DNA of 64,000 bases, from positions 614 through 64,613 of the IMG/VR virus record IMGVR_UViG_3300031524_000008. One strand, 5' to 3'. Source of the stretch: a virus (lineage: Duplodnaviria; Caudoviricetes). The notes beneath the pieces were generated by a model, which saw nothing but the letters and a program-made list of their open reading frames with translations, did no database searches and was not told the DNA's origin. Shown in pieces: positions 53,875-64,000 of this stretch. Numbering within the stretch: position 1 is the first letter of the stretch; each line of letters opens with the position of its first letter. The translations under genes were made by a program, and so were the position numbers.

Positions 53875-54962
53875 TGAATATCAACGCCGACCTACAATTT
53901 AATTCACTGTCGTTTGGTTTTTGCTCTTACAATATCCTTCAAGAGTTGTATAAGAGGAATATCAATCCAAACTTATTTAGCGCCCAAGTCGATTTATCAG
54001 CATATGATAAAGCTGAGGAAGACTTTAAGTTTTATCTTACCAGTTGCGCAAATAAGTCACGTCGTTACTTTTCACGTAAAAACCATTGTTTCAAACTTTG
54101 GCATATTAGTGGTTCCGAAGCTTCTGTCAGCGACAAAACAAGTTTAATGACTTTCTATGAGTTGGACTCTCCCACCGAGACAGAAATCAATATCCTTAAT
54201 AATCAGTATAAGGTATTAGTTACTTCTAAAGAAACAAAAACTGTTTTTGAAGATTATGGAACCAATGTGCCAGTTGTCTATTGTCCGCTCGGCTTTGACA
54301 ATCAAAACTTTTATAAGACTAACAAATCTTACTATCCACCGGATGTAACTGTCTTTGGTATTTTTGGTAAATTCGAGAAGCGTAAACACCACGAAAAAGC
54401 TATAAAAGCATGGTTAAAAAGATTCGCTGGCGATAAAAGATATGTACTTCATACCCATATCTATAATCCCTTTTTTAAGCCAGAAGATAACCAACAAATT
54501 ATTGGTAAAATATTAGAAGGTCGTCCAAAGCCTTTTAATGTTAATATTCTTCCGTTTATGAATACGCTAAACGAGTTGAATGATTGCTTTAACGCTATTA
54601 ATATCGTTATAGATATGTCTGGTGGAGAAGGGTTCTCGCTGCCGTCTTTCCATTGTCTAGGGCTAGGGAAGCATGCTATTATCCATAATTGTTCTGCGAT
54701 GAAGGATTGGGCTACATCTAAAAATGCAGTTCTTATTAATCCTACCGGCAAGGAAGAGATTTATGATGGATTATTCTTTAATAAAGGTCAGCCTTTCAAT
54801 CAGGGGAATATCTATACATGGGATGAGGATGCCTTCATAGCTGGATGCGAAGAAGCTATATATAGAAAAACAGCAAACCCCGTTAATGAAGAGGGCTTGA
54901 AGATACAGGAAGATTTTACTTGGAAAAAGACAGTCGATACAATTCTGGAGACGGTAAAATAA
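53874..54962 (+). CDS. glycosyltransferase family 4
   Basis: GKFEKRK, EGFSLP, FTW. Confidence 0.85.
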   Translation: MNINADLQFNSLSFGFCSYNILQELYKRNINPNLFSAQVDLSAYDKAEEDFKFYLTSCANKSRRYFSRKNHCFKLWHISGSEASVSDKTSLMTFYELDSPTETEINILNNQYKVLVTSKETKTVFEDYGTNVPVVYCPLGFDNQNFYKTNKSYYPPDVTVFGIFGKFEKRKHHEKAIKAWLKRFAGDKRYVLHTHIYNPFFKPEDNQQIIGKILEGRPKPFNVNILPFMNTLNELNDCFNAINIVIDMSGGEGFSLPSFHCLGLGKHAIIHNCSAMKDWATSKNAVLINPTGKEEIYDGLFFNKGQPFNQGNIYTWDEDAFIAGCEEAIYRKTANPVNEEGLKIQEDFTWKKTVDTILETVK

Positions 54963-54989
54963 TAATGTTACCTTATCAAACGTAGAATA

Positions 54990-55217
54990 ATGCAGTTAAT
55001 TTATACCTTAGTTTTAAACGATAGCAAAGATACTCTAGTCGTATCAGAAGACGGTTCCATCAAACGAGAGGGGGAACCCAATTCCAGAATGATATGTCAT
55101 TTATTTAATATCGAAGGTACAGAGCAGGATATTAGGCGCAAGCTTACCAGAACTATAGACCAATTATTTGAGGCGGCGGCAATAAAACGTAAGGAACAAA
55201 AAAATGAAAAATCCTAA
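54990..55217 (+). CDS. hypothetical protein
   Basis: ORF in operon. Confidence 0.55.
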   Translation: MQLIYTLVLNDSKDTLVVSEDGSIKREGEPNSRMICHLFNIEGTEQDIRRKLTRTIDQLFEAAAIKRKEQKNEKS

Positions 55218-55512
55218 TATAACATCTAAGACTAGTATCACTGAACTAACATGCGCAGCTAAAAATAGCGGTCTTGGAGACGCTATTCAAAACTACAAAA
55301 TCAATAACGAAAAGATGAAAGCAATCATCGAGGAACTTAGGAGTAGGCTTTCTAACGTGTTGAGATTTGGTGAGAAAGGTGATAGCTTAAAAGCTGCCTC
55401 ATCAAAAATTTCCTCTTCTTCTACATTCGTGCGCGACCTTGATGAAGCTAATGAAGAGCTAGCTGGTCACATTAATGATATTTCTGGAATCATTGATGGA
55501 CTAGATATGTAA
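55204..55512 (+). CDS. hypothetical coiled-coil protein
   Basis: ORF in operon. Confidence 0.6.
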   Translation: MKNPNITSKTSITELTCAAKNSGLGDAIQNYKINNEKMKAIIEELRSRLSNVLRFGEKGDSLKAASSKISSSSTFVRDLDEANEELAGHINDISGIIDGLDM

Positions 55513-55573
55513 TGGCGTTTCGAATCAGATAAAGTAAAGAAAATATTTCCCGCGATGGGATGCTCGTGTAAAT

Positions 55574-56341
55574 ATGAACATGGAAGGAATCCTACAAGAA
55601 TATAATAACGGTTCAAAAATAATTGATTTAGCTCGCAAATATCATAAGAGGCAGAGCTTTGTAAGCTCCCTTCTTAAATCTAAAGGCGTAAAAATACGAA
55701 CAAGCCGTCACGTAGACTGGCTAAATTATGAACTGGACCATGAATTCTTTTCTAAAATTAATACTCCACAGAAAGCTTATTTGCTCGGTATTATGTGGAG
55801 CGACGGTTGTGTGGCGTCTATATCTAATACCATATCTTTAATATGTAACGATTTAGATTTAATTAACTTTTTCAGAAAACAGATAAGATGCACAAAGAAA
55901 ATATATCGAAACCCCAACCATTCGAAAGCGAAGACATTCTCTTTTTGCAGTCCTAGAATGAAAGAAGATTTGTTAAGATTAGGATGTGTCCCGAGAAAGT
56001 CTCTCATCTTGAAATACCCCGTCTTGCCTAAAGCATTAGAAAAATATTTTTTGTTAGGACTGTTCGACGGCGATGGATGCGTCACCCAAAGCCGCCAACA
56101 GTTGCAAGCTTACTTTTTGGGAACTATAGATGTTTGCAAAAACATACAACGTTTTTTAACTAAAAATAAAATCCAAACCAACAGGCTACAAAAAAATGGA
56201 AAGATTTGGAGACTAAGAATAACAGGAGACGAAAACCTAAAAAGTTTATATTCTATGTTTTATACGTCTCCCCCGTTTTTCTTACAAAGAAAAAAGAAGG
56301 CATTCGAAAATTATGGGAATTTACATTTATCAACATCCTAA
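55574..56341 (+). CDS. LAGLIDADG homing endonuclease
   Basis: YLLGIMWSDGC and FLLGLFDGDGC. Confidence 0.88.
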   Translation: MNMEGILQEYNNGSKIIDLARKYHKRQSFVSSLLKSKGVKIRTSRHVDWLNYELDHEFFSKINTPQKAYLLGIMWSDGCVASISNTISLICNDLDLINFFRKQIRCTKKIYRNPNHSKAKTFSFCSPRMKEDLLRLGCVPRKSLILKYPVLPKALEKYFLLGLFDGDGCVTQSRQQLQAYFLGTIDVCKNIQRFLTKNKIQTNRLQKNGKIWRLRITGDENLKSLYSMFYTSPPFFLQRKKKAFENYGNLHLSTS

Positions 56342-56681
56342 TACGAAAGAAACTAAAGAGGTCATTCAAAGAATGTCAGAAGACCACGTTTATGTGGATG
56401 CGAAAGGCGTAAAGTGGAACCGTATATTCACCGTACCTCAAGCTGTTGTTGATGGACGTATAAATCCTTTTAGCGAAGCGGATTTTATAAAGAAAACATC
56501 GAACGGTAAAAATCAAAAAGTCGGAGACTTATGGGATAGGTCAAAGGAACTTTCAGAAAAGCGTGCTGCAAAAAATGGGGGCGTTGACCCAGTGAAAGAA
56601 AAGTATCTCAAAGACTACTCTAAAAAAAGAAAAGGTAAGCCTCACCCGTCTCAAATAACGGACAAGACCTACACGATTTAA
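56313..56681 (+). CDS. FmdB-like small protein
   Basis: MGIYIYQ N-terminus. Confidence 0.55.
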   Translation: MGIYIYQHPNTKETKEVIQRMSEDHVYVDAKGVKWNRIFTVPQAVVDGRINPFSEADFIKKTSNGKNQKVGDLWDRSKELSEKRAAKNGGVDPVKEKYLKDYSKKRKGKPHPSQITDKTYTI

Positions 56682-56755
56682 TTTTGAGTAATTCCAAAAT
56701 TCTTTTTACAGCGAATTTTCTTGTGCGCTGCACTTAAAAGTTGTAAATTAGACGC

Positions 56756-57247
56756 ATGGAAATCAAAGTCAAAAAACTCAACCCTTTAGCTATTCTGCCG
56801 ACAAAAAATGATGGTGACGCAGGATACGATTTGTACGCCACCGAAGACTACATTCTTCAACCTTTAGAAAGAAAACTTTTTAAAACTGGCCTAGCTATCT
56901 CTATACCAGAAGGTTACTACGGACGCATCGCTCCGCGTTCAGGCATGGCTTACAAAAGTGGTATTGACGTTCTTGCGGGAGTTATTGATTCAACCTATCG
57001 GAACGATGTTGGGATTATTCTTATTAATCTCAATGCATATAACTCACAAAGCCGCGACCAGTCAATATTCGAGCGTCTTTCAGCGCAAATGACTGAGCAA
57101 GTTTTTGCCTCACCTTATACGGTAAAATATGGAGATAGAATCGCTCAACTTATCATTGAAAAATATCACGACGCCGAGTTCATAGAAGTTACTAATTTAG
57201 ATACGACAGTACGTAATTTGAATGGTTTCGGTTCAACGGGCCAATAA
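56756..57247 (+). CDS. dut: dUTPase
   Basis: AGYDL, PRSG, GVIDSTYR, DRIAQL, GFGSTG. Confidence 0.95.
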   Translation: MEIKVKKLNPLAILPTKNDGDAGYDLYATEDYILQPLERKLFKTGLAISIPEGYYGRIAPRSGMAYKSGIDVLAGVIDSTYRNDVGIILINLNAYNSQSRDQSIFERLSAQMTEQVFASPYTVKYGDRIAQLIIEKYHDAEFIEVTNLDTTVRNLNGFGSTGQ

Positions 57248-57249
57248 AT

Positions 57250-59211
57250 ATGTCAAAATTCAAACTCACTGATTCCTTTTTGGAGAAATACAAAAAGGTC
57301 AAGCCCCCTTTCGGTTTTAACGGTTTAGGAGAACTGGTATATATGCGTACCTATTCTCGTGTCAAAGAAGACGGACAGAATGAAGTTTGGTGGGAAACTG
57401 TAGCTCGTGTTGTTGAAGGTACTTTTAACATGCAAAAGCGATGGATTGAGAGCCGTAATTTAGGTTGGAGTCCTCGTAAAGCTCAAATTTCAGCCCATGA
57501 AATGTACGATAGAATCTTCAATATGAAGTTCTTACCTCCGGGTCGTGGATTATGGGCAATGGGGAGTCCGTTAACAGAAGAACGAGGATTGTATGCAGCA
57601 TTAAATAATTGCGCATATGTAAGTACGGAAACTATTAAAGAAGACCTTTCTAAGCCATTTTGTTTTTTAATGGATGCCTCAATGGTTGGAGTGGGTGTAG
57701 GATTTGACGTAAGGGGTGAAGGACAAATATTAATTAAAGGTCCAAATCTTTCTGTAAGCGAAACATATGTTATTCCTGATACCCGAGAGGGGTGGGTAGA
57801 AGCTACGCGCAAGTTGCTCGATTCTTATTTTACTGGAAGCGCTGATGTTCTACTGGATTATAGTCAAATTCGTGGACCCGGATTACCTATCAAAGGATTT
57901 GGGGGACTTTCAAGTGGTCCTGAGCCATTAATAGAATGTCATTTAGCCCTCCGCTCAACACTAGATAAAATCATAGGCAACACCATAACTATTACAGCTA
58001 TTGTTGATATTATGAATCTTATTGGTAAGTGCGTCGTAGCTGGCAATGTGCGCCGTACCGCTGAAATTGTTTTTGGTAGTTATTTGAAAGCTGAATATCT
58101 TGATTTGAAGAATTATGGCGTTAATCCTCATCGCGCGGAGTACGGATGGACCTCAAATAATAGTATCTTTGCTGACATCGGAATGGATTATACGGAATCC
58201 GCAAAGCGTACAGCAATTAACGGTGAACCGGGATATGCATGGTTGGAGAATATGAAGAAGTATTCTCGCATGAATAACGGCCCTGATAACAAAGACCATC
58301 GTGTACGTGGCGGAAATCCCTGTCTTGAGCAATCCCTTGAATCTTATGAGCTATGCTGCTTAGTTGAAACTTTCCCAAACAACCACGAAAGCATTGAGGA
58401 TTACCTAATTACCTTGAAGTACGCTTATTTGTACGCAAAAACAGTGACATTAGGAGAAACGCACTGGCCTGATACCAACAGGGTTATGTTACGTAATCGA
58501 CGCATCGGTTGCTCCATGAGCGGTGTTGCTCAATTTATTACATATAAAGGTCTCGACACACTAAAAGAATGGTGTACAAAAGGCTACAGCGCTTTGGAGC
58601 GTTATGACGAAGTTTATTCGGATTGGCTTGCTATCCCTAAAAGCATTAAGAAAACCTCCATTAAACCCAGCGGCACAGTTTCATTACTTGCTGGTGCCAC
58701 ACCCGGATGTCATTATCCTGAGAGCGAGTGGTATATTCGTAGAATGCGTTTGTCTATCCATAGCGACCTCCTTGAACCTTTCAGAAAGGCTGGATATAAG
58801 ATTGAGCCTTGTGTAGGGTCTGAGTCCACAACGGTCGTTGTCGAGATTCCTGTCCATGTAGGAAATATCCGTACCATCGACCAAGTTAGTATGTGGGAAC
58901 AGTTGTCTCTTGCTGCATTCTTACAAAAGTATTGGGCTGATAATCAGGTATCTTGTACAGTCACCTTTCAACCGGAAGAAGCTTCTCAAATCAAACCCGC
59001 TTTGGAATATTTCCAGTATCAGTTAAAGGGTATCTCTTTTCTACCAAAAACCGATAAGGGAGCGTATCCTCAAATGCCTTACGAAGAAATTACGCAACAA
59101 GAGTTCGATTTGATGTCTCAAAATATCAAACCTTTAAATATCAAACGTATTAAAAACGAGGAAGCGGAAGTCGAAAAGTTTTGTAATAATGATTCGTGCG
59201 TTTTAAAGTAG
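57250..59211 (+). CDS. nrdJ: class II (B12-dependent) ribonucleoside-triphosphate reductase
   Basis: RTYSR, PPGRGLW, NNCA, GNVRR, NPCLEQ, KPSGT, C-terminal C....C. Confidence 0.93.
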   Translation: MSKFKLTDSFLEKYKKVKPPFGFNGLGELVYMRTYSRVKEDGQNEVWWETVARVVEGTFNMQKRWIESRNLGWSPRKAQISAHEMYDRIFNMKFLPPGRGLWAMGSPLTEERGLYAALNNCAYVSTETIKEDLSKPFCFLMDASMVGVGVGFDVRGEGQILIKGPNLSVSETYVIPDTREGWVEATRKLLDSYFTGSADVLLDYSQIRGPGLPIKGFGGLSSGPEPLIECHLALRSTLDKIIGNTITITAIVDIMNLIGKCVVAGNVRRTAEIVFGSYLKAEYLDLKNYGVNPHRAEYGWTSNNSIFADIGMDYTESAKRTAINGEPGYAWLENMKKYSRMNNGPDNKDHRVRGGNPCLEQSLESYELCCLVETFPNNHESIEDYLITLKYAYLYAKTVTLGETHWPDTNRVMLRNRRIGCSMSGVAQFITYKGLDTLKEWCTKGYSALERYDEVYSDWLAIPKSIKKTSIKPSGTVSLLAGATPGCHYPESEWYIRRMRLSIHSDLLEPFRKAGYKIEPCVGSESTTVVVEIPVHVGNIRTIDQVSMWEQLSLAAFLQKYWADNQVSCTVTFQPEEASQIKPALEYFQYQLKGISFLPKTDKGAYPQMPYEEITQQEFDLMSQNIKPLNIKRIKNEEAEVEKFCNNDSCVLK

Positions 59212-59246
59212 TTGACATTTCTTTAAAGGTTTAAGAATATCCTTGT

Positions 59247-59633
59247 ATGACACCAACATACGAAGGATTAAAATTAGATATTATTTCGGGCACAGCTTAT
59301 CTCGCCATGAGATATGACGGATGTAACCATGGCAGATTTATCTTCTTAAATACCGCAGGACAGCTAGACGATTTTGTGGACGCAGTGTTTCAAGAAGCCT
59401 CACAAGAACATCTTGCATTCAACAAAACTTCTAAATTGAACCCTATAACTGATGGAAGTGTATTTGCTTTTAATACACCTAAGCTCATGCACGCCCTAGA
59501 AACTGATGATAGAAGTGAGCGATTGGCATACGCTTTGATTATTAGAAGTTTCCCTTGCGGTAAAATTGTTTTTGAAAAAGTCCCCGTTGACCACTATCAG
59601 TTAAGATATCTATCAGCATATAAGTCCGTTTAA
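59247..59633 (+). CDS. hypothetical protein
   Basis: ORF follows a TTGACA promoter. Confidence 0.65.
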   Translation: MTPTYEGLKLDIISGTAYLAMRYDGCNHGRFIFLNTAGQLDDFVDAVFQEASQEHLAFNKTSKLNPITDGSVFAFNTPKLMHALETDDRSERLAYALIIRSFPCGKIVFEKVPVDHYQLRYLSAYKSV

Positions 59634-59638
59634 TAATT

Positions 59639-60121
59639 ATGAAACCTTACATTCATGCAGTTAGTTCAGCCACAAAATTCGGTGGTAAACTTGAAGATTA
59701 TTTAAAAATCCATGATTGGTTTGACCAGACAAAAAGCCATCTTGGAGATAACCGACATAGGGCCATACTGCATAGCTCATTCGGAATCTTTCTAGCTGAA
59801 CAGGTATTCGGTCACAATATCGTTAACTCGGACTGTAAGCAAGTTTCAGTACGCGATATTGGAGAGCAACACGTAATCGAAGATATGGGTGCCATTCCCA
59901 CCGTTTCAGATTATCTTTCTGAACTACCTTACCAAGACTGGATGCACGGTAAAGGATTACCTCCCTCGTATAGAAAAGTCGAAGAGTACGAGAAGGCTAC
60001 AAAAGCGAAAGAAAACATAATCTCAAAACCAAAGGTCTATCACGCTACCCCTGCTAAAGATGATGGTTCTAATATTCTTAGAATTCCTCCTATTCCTAAA
60101 AGTCCTACGTTATATGACTAA
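59639..60121 (+). CDS. DUF6915-like protein
   Basis: HA.SS..KFGG..EDY..IHDWFD...RHRA..H...EQHV.ED. Confidence 0.75.
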   Translation: MKPYIHAVSSATKFGGKLEDYLKIHDWFDQTKSHLGDNRHRAILHSSFGIFLAEQVFGHNIVNSDCKQVSVRDIGEQHVIEDMGAIPTVSDYLSELPYQDWMHGKGLPPSYRKVEEYEKATKAKENIISKPKVYHATPAKDDGSNILRIPPIPKSPTLYD

Positions 60122-61004
60122 AGTTCTAATAATTGGTGGGCACGGATTAGGAGATTGCCTTCTAGCTTTACAATGTGCTAAGGTAGTAGAAAGTAGGGGA
60201 ATAAAACCCACGGTGTATATATCTGCACGAAAAGAAATATTCGATGCCCTATATGATGTCTTCTATAAGACTCCTATGACACGAATTGATGAATCTTATT
60301 CAGAAAATAATCTAGTTCTTCGTAGTGTCTCAAAGATGAAAGAGCTATCAGAGGGATTTGACGAGGTATATTACGTAATTCCCGACTTACTTTTTAACAA
60401 TAAGTACGCTTTTAATTTTGATAAATATTGTACGAATCCTCAGTCGATTCGTAGTCTGCGTTTGTTAGATTCATATGTACCTAAAAAGAATATAGTATAT
60501 CTTGGATTAATGACAACTACTAGGGGGTATATGTATTATAATCCTGTTGGACTCGCTATTAATCTAGCGAAGGAGTTAGCGAATTACGAGATATATTTTC
60601 CCGTAGTGGATAAGTGGGCGTCGCAAGATATTGAAAAAGTCGAAATACCTAAAGATATTCCTTCGAATCTAATCATCGACAAAAACCCTATTTTTTCAGA
60701 ATCGTTGTTGATGTTAATGCAGTCAACATATTTTATAGGAACCGATAACGGTCCAAGTCATATTGCTTATCACGCTGGTATTAATCGTATTCTTCTTGAC
60801 CCTCAATATGGACGCTTACCATGGATTGCAAGATGGCGCGAGGATTATTCGGAGTCCGTGCCAATTAATACTTCTATAGGTATCATAACACATATTGCTA
60901 AATGTAACCTAAAAGTTATCCAATCCACTCTCATTCCCCGAATGGAATGCGCAAATATAAGCCTGTACGATTGGGAACGGCAACTTTTACTAAAGGAGCG
61001 GTAA
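60114..61004 (+). CDS. glycosyltransferase family 9-like
   Basis: GLGD; FIGTDNGPSHIA. Confidence 0.8.
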   Translation: MTKVLIIGGHGLGDCLLALQCAKVVESRGIKPTVYISARKEIFDALYDVFYKTPMTRIDESYSENNLVLRSVSKMKELSEGFDEVYYVIPDLLFNNKYAFNFDKYCTNPQSIRSLRLLDSYVPKKNIVYLGLMTTTRGYMYYNPVGLAINLAKELANYEIYFPVVDKWASQDIEKVEIPKDIPSNLIIDKNPIFSESLLMLMQSTYFIGTDNGPSHIAYHAGINRILLDPQYGRLPWIARWREDYSESVPINTSIGIITHIAKCNLKVIQSTLIPRMECANISLYDWERQLLLKER

Positions 61005-62041
61005 TGATTCATTTTTTTGATACCGACCCACGTAAGGATTCGCCCGATTATAGAGAGTCTCATGGTAGTTTTGGAGAGTTAATCTTAAACTATAACGATG
61101 AACTTAAAAAGTTGGGGTACTACAGCGAATTAGACAAATGCGAGTATGTAGGGCGCTGTGGAAGCTTGGACCCAAATTTTGTATTTGATGGAAAAAAGAC
61201 TTTTTATATTAACGTATGGGAAACAGCGAATGCTTTACCTTGGTATTTAGTTAATAACGCTAAATCCGTAAACCAACGTATTTTCGGGCTTAGTGACCAG
61301 ATTACGAAACTTTGGAGAAAATACGGATTCGAATGTGAAACAATTTACGGAGGATGTAATACAGACTTTTGGAAGCCAACGATTCCGAAAAGCAAAGATA
61401 AATTTGTTTTTCTTCATGTCAACCACGCTAACGTCCGAAGTGGATTAGACCTGACATTACAAGCTTTTTCAAGAGCGTTCCGTGGTAATGATGATGTAGT
61501 ATTAATAGTTAAAGACTCTTCCTACGATGCAAAGCTAGGTTCAGTAATCAGTAAATTAAATGACACAGGTTTAAATATTGAGTACGTTCCCAAAATGATG
61601 TCGTCGCCCGAGTTAAGAGATTTGTATAGTAGCTCTCACGTTTGCTTGAATGTTATACGTTGTACGAGTTTTGGATTACCGCTTTTAGAGTCTTCCGCTT
61701 GCGGTTGTCTATGCGTAACCGGAGACGTTGAGCCTACTAATGAGATTATTACTCCTGATTTTGGCGTACTCATACCATCGAACGGCCTGCTTTCTATTCC
61801 TGTTACCGCTCCACAGCTTGAAAAGAACTATGGGCTTAAAAACTATTATGGTAACTTCGATTATTCAGAGGAGCCGATGTTCTATGATTTCGATATTGAT
61901 GTTTATGCCAAAAAATTACAGGATATTTATTTGAGTTATTCGAGTGTTTATGCTAAAATTGATACCAGAACGCCAATCATCGAAAGATGGGGCTGGGACA
62001 AACCTATAAAGAAACTAGTAAATATTTTAAGTAATGAATAA
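61004..62041 (+). CDS. glycosyltransferase family 4
   Basis: WET, FLHV, SFGLPLLES.ACG. Confidence 0.82.
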   Translation: MIHFFDTDPRKDSPDYRESHGSFGELILNYNDELKKLGYYSELDKCEYVGRCGSLDPNFVFDGKKTFYINVWETANALPWYLVNNAKSVNQRIFGLSDQITKLWRKYGFECETIYGGCNTDFWKPTIPKSKDKFVFLHVNHANVRSGLDLTLQAFSRAFRGNDDVVLIVKDSSYDAKLGSVISKLNDTGLNIEYVPKMMSSPELRDLYSSSHVCLNVIRCTSFGLPLLESSACGCLCVTGDVEPTNEIITPDFGVLIPSNGLLSIPVTAPQLEKNYGLKNYYGNFDYSEEPMFYDFDIDVYAKKLQDIYLSYSSVYAKIDTRTPIIERWGWDKPIKKLVNILSNE

Positions 62042-63215
62042 CTTTGACTGGCCCTTAAATCAAAACAACTTCACTCCCGCCGATAGGGTGAGGATTTCAG
62101 AGTTTTTTCTAAACGAAAACAAACGCTGGACGCAAGATGAAGAAGTAAAGAATTTCGAGCGTAAAATGGGCGATAAGGTTGAGTCAAATGCTATATTTGT
62201 TTCTAGTGGTTCCGCAGCGAATACTTTATTAGCTTATTATGCTAAAGATAAAATATTATCCAAAAATAGCGCTCGAAATATTGTAGTGCTGCCTAGTGTT
62301 ACATGGCAAACTTCTTGTTCGCCATGGATTCGCGAAGGATTCGAGCCGAAGTTCATAGACGTTACTTTAAGTGATTTTTCTATGGACCTTACTAGTTTAG
62401 AATGTTTTCTTGGACAAGAACACCAGCGAGTAGCAGTAGTATTTATTACGTCTCTTCTTGGATTCGTGCCGTCCATTGAAAGGATTCTTTATTTAAAATC
62501 TGCCTATCCTGAAGTTAGATTTATGTTAGATAATTGTGAAAATACTTTTGGTTCTTATAACAATAAGAACATTTCTTCTTATCTAACATCTACAACGAGC
62601 ACATATTTTGGGCACCAGCTTCAAAGTATTGAAGGGGGGTTTATATTTACCCGCTCTCAAGAAGAGTATGACTACTTCATTATGGCTCGTAACCACGGAA
62701 TGACACGCGGCCTAAGAGACCCTTCAAAATACGAAAATAAGTCCGTAAGTCCATTATTCGATTTTGCGTTGCTAGGAAATAATTTTAGGAATAGTGACGT
62801 TAATGCTTTTATAGGACAGATAGACTTGGAAAGATGGGAAGAATACAGAAATCAACGCATTGATATTTACAATTACTTTCGTAATTCTTTGAAGTCTGAT
62901 TATTTATTTCCTTTAGAGACTAGTTTTAAAGAACATGTGGCGTTCGCATTACCTATAATCGCTCATCGTACGCTCGGTTCAAACTCAGGTCTGCGTATCC
63001 ATAAAGTCGCTGAGTTTTGCAAAGAAAACAAAATCGAAACACGGCCTATCGTTTCAGGGAACCTTTTAAGACAAACACCTTATAAAAAGTATGGCTTATT
63101 TTCTGACTTTGCGAACGCTGAATGGTTACATAAGAATGGTTTGTATGTAGGACTATATCCAAACTTGGATGTAAATAAGGTAGCGGACCTAGTTGAATTT
63201 TTAAACAAGCTTTAA
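62034..63215 (+). CDS. DegT/DnrJ-family PLP enzyme, ColD-like dehydratase
   Basis: SSGSAAN, DNCE, STYFGHQLQSIEGG (His in place of Lys), RNHG, ETRP..GN. Confidence 0.82.
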   Translation: MNNFDWPLNQNNFTPADRVRISEFFLNENKRWTQDEEVKNFERKMGDKVESNAIFVSSGSAANTLLAYYAKDKILSKNSARNIVVLPSVTWQTSCSPWIREGFEPKFIDVTLSDFSMDLTSLECFLGQEHQRVAVVFITSLLGFVPSIERILYLKSAYPEVRFMLDNCENTFGSYNNKNISSYLTSTTSTYFGHQLQSIEGGFIFTRSQEEYDYFIMARNHGMTRGLRDPSKYENKSVSPLFDFALLGNNFRNSDVNAFIGQIDLERWEEYRNQRIDIYNYFRNSLKSDYLFPLETSFKEHVAFALPIIAHRTLGSNSGLRIHKVAEFCKENKIETRPIVSGNLLRQTPYKKYGLFSDFANAEWLHKNGLYVGLYPNLDVNKVADLVEFLNKL

Positions 63216-63216
63216 T

Positions 63217-63924
63217 ATGGAAAATCCCAAAATAACACTCACAATGACAACATGCCGAAGACTCCATCTGTTCGAAAGGACAGTTAGAAGTTTCGCGCAA
63301 CATTGTTTAGATTTAGATTTAATAACAGATATTGTCTGTGTCGATGATAACTCTCCGTTAGAGGAGTGTAAAATTATGTATAAGTTACTTGTTTTACTTT
63401 TCCCAAATAGAAAGATTTCTTTGATTTCTAAAAATTACAAAGATAGAGGATTGGGCCGCAGTTTAAATATGATTTTCGAAAATGTTAAAACAAAATACGC
63501 GTTTCATTTAGAAGACGATTGGGAATTCATAAAAGACGGTCATTTTATTAAAGATGCATTAAATATTATTCAAGATAGTGATAACATTAAAAGCGTTCTT
63601 GTAAATAGCGTACATGACCTTCCCGTAGGCTGTACAAAAAACGGTTTCAAATATAATATGTTAGAATTGGGAGCTAAAGTAAATAACGGTGACGTAATAT
63701 GGGCATGGGGATATAGTTTCAGACCGGCGTTATTAGATTTAGAACATATTAGAAGTGAAATAAAAGGATTCAAAATGAGTGACATCGAAATGCTATTTGG
63801 TCAAGAATACTATTATAAAGGAATGAGGCAAGTAACTCTCACTGATGGTGAGTACGCTAGACATATCGGAGTCCCCGAAAATAATGAGCGTTCTGCATTT
63901 GATTTAAACTGGACACCAAGATAA
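63217..63924 (+). CDS. glycosyltransferase family 2
   Basis: TTCRR, VDDNS, HLEDDW, HIG. Confidence 0.82.
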   Translation: MENPKITLTMTTCRRLHLFERTVRSFAQHCLDLDLITDIVCVDDNSPLEECKIMYKLLVLLFPNRKISLISKNYKDRGLGRSLNMIFENVKTKYAFHLEDDWEFIKDGHFIKDALNIIQDSDNIKSVLVNSVHDLPVGCTKNGFKYNMLELGAKVNNGDVIWAWGYSFRPALLDLEHIRSEIKGFKMSDIEMLFGQEYYYKGMRQVTLTDGEYARHIGVPENNERSAFDLNWTPR

Positions 63925-64000
63925 TGAAAATAGGATTAATTATTTGCGCATATAACTGTCAGGATACCATCGAAGAATGTCTACGCCCTTGGGTGGAATT
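63924..64000 (+). CDS. glycosyltransferase family 2 (truncated by window end)
   Basis: MKIGLIICAYNCQDTIEECL. Confidence 0.65.
   Translation, partial: MKIGLIICAYNCQDTIEECLRPWVE

Noticed and set aside
1-64000. Genome-wide TAG recoding suggested by the CUA tRNA
   Set aside because: Genes are full length in code 11 and several end at TAG where expected

Overview
64 kb of a large lytic dsDNA (jumbo-type) bacteriophage in the standard genetic code. 1-50.5 kb is almost all minus strand: (i) an accessory block with a kinase/PP2C/vWA (TerY-P-like) triad, NAD/ADP-ribose genes (PncA, NadM-Nudix, WGR-PARP, macro, NADAR), TrpC- and TyrA-like enzymes, phosphatases and HNH/LAGLIDADG nucleases; (ii) an ~18 kb RNA operon (23.0-41.0 kb) with ~51 tRNAs covering all 20 amino acids plus an amber (CUA) tRNA, ~19 aberrant tRNA-like RNAs, many closed-stem ncRNAs and an RNase P RNA, headed by tandem sigma70 promoters and an apparent leader-peptide attenuator; (iii) an RNA/DNA repair block (PNK, two RNA ligases, DNA ligase). 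After a palindrome-rich strand switch at ~50.6 kb the plus strand carries a sigma factor, dNMP kinase, dUTPase, class II RNR and glycosyltransferases. Best candidate for a new system: a translation-sensing tRNA rescue operon (attenuator + elbow-variant tRNAs + tRNA mimics + own RNase P RNA). All calls were made by eye without database searches; RNA ends may be off by a few nt.
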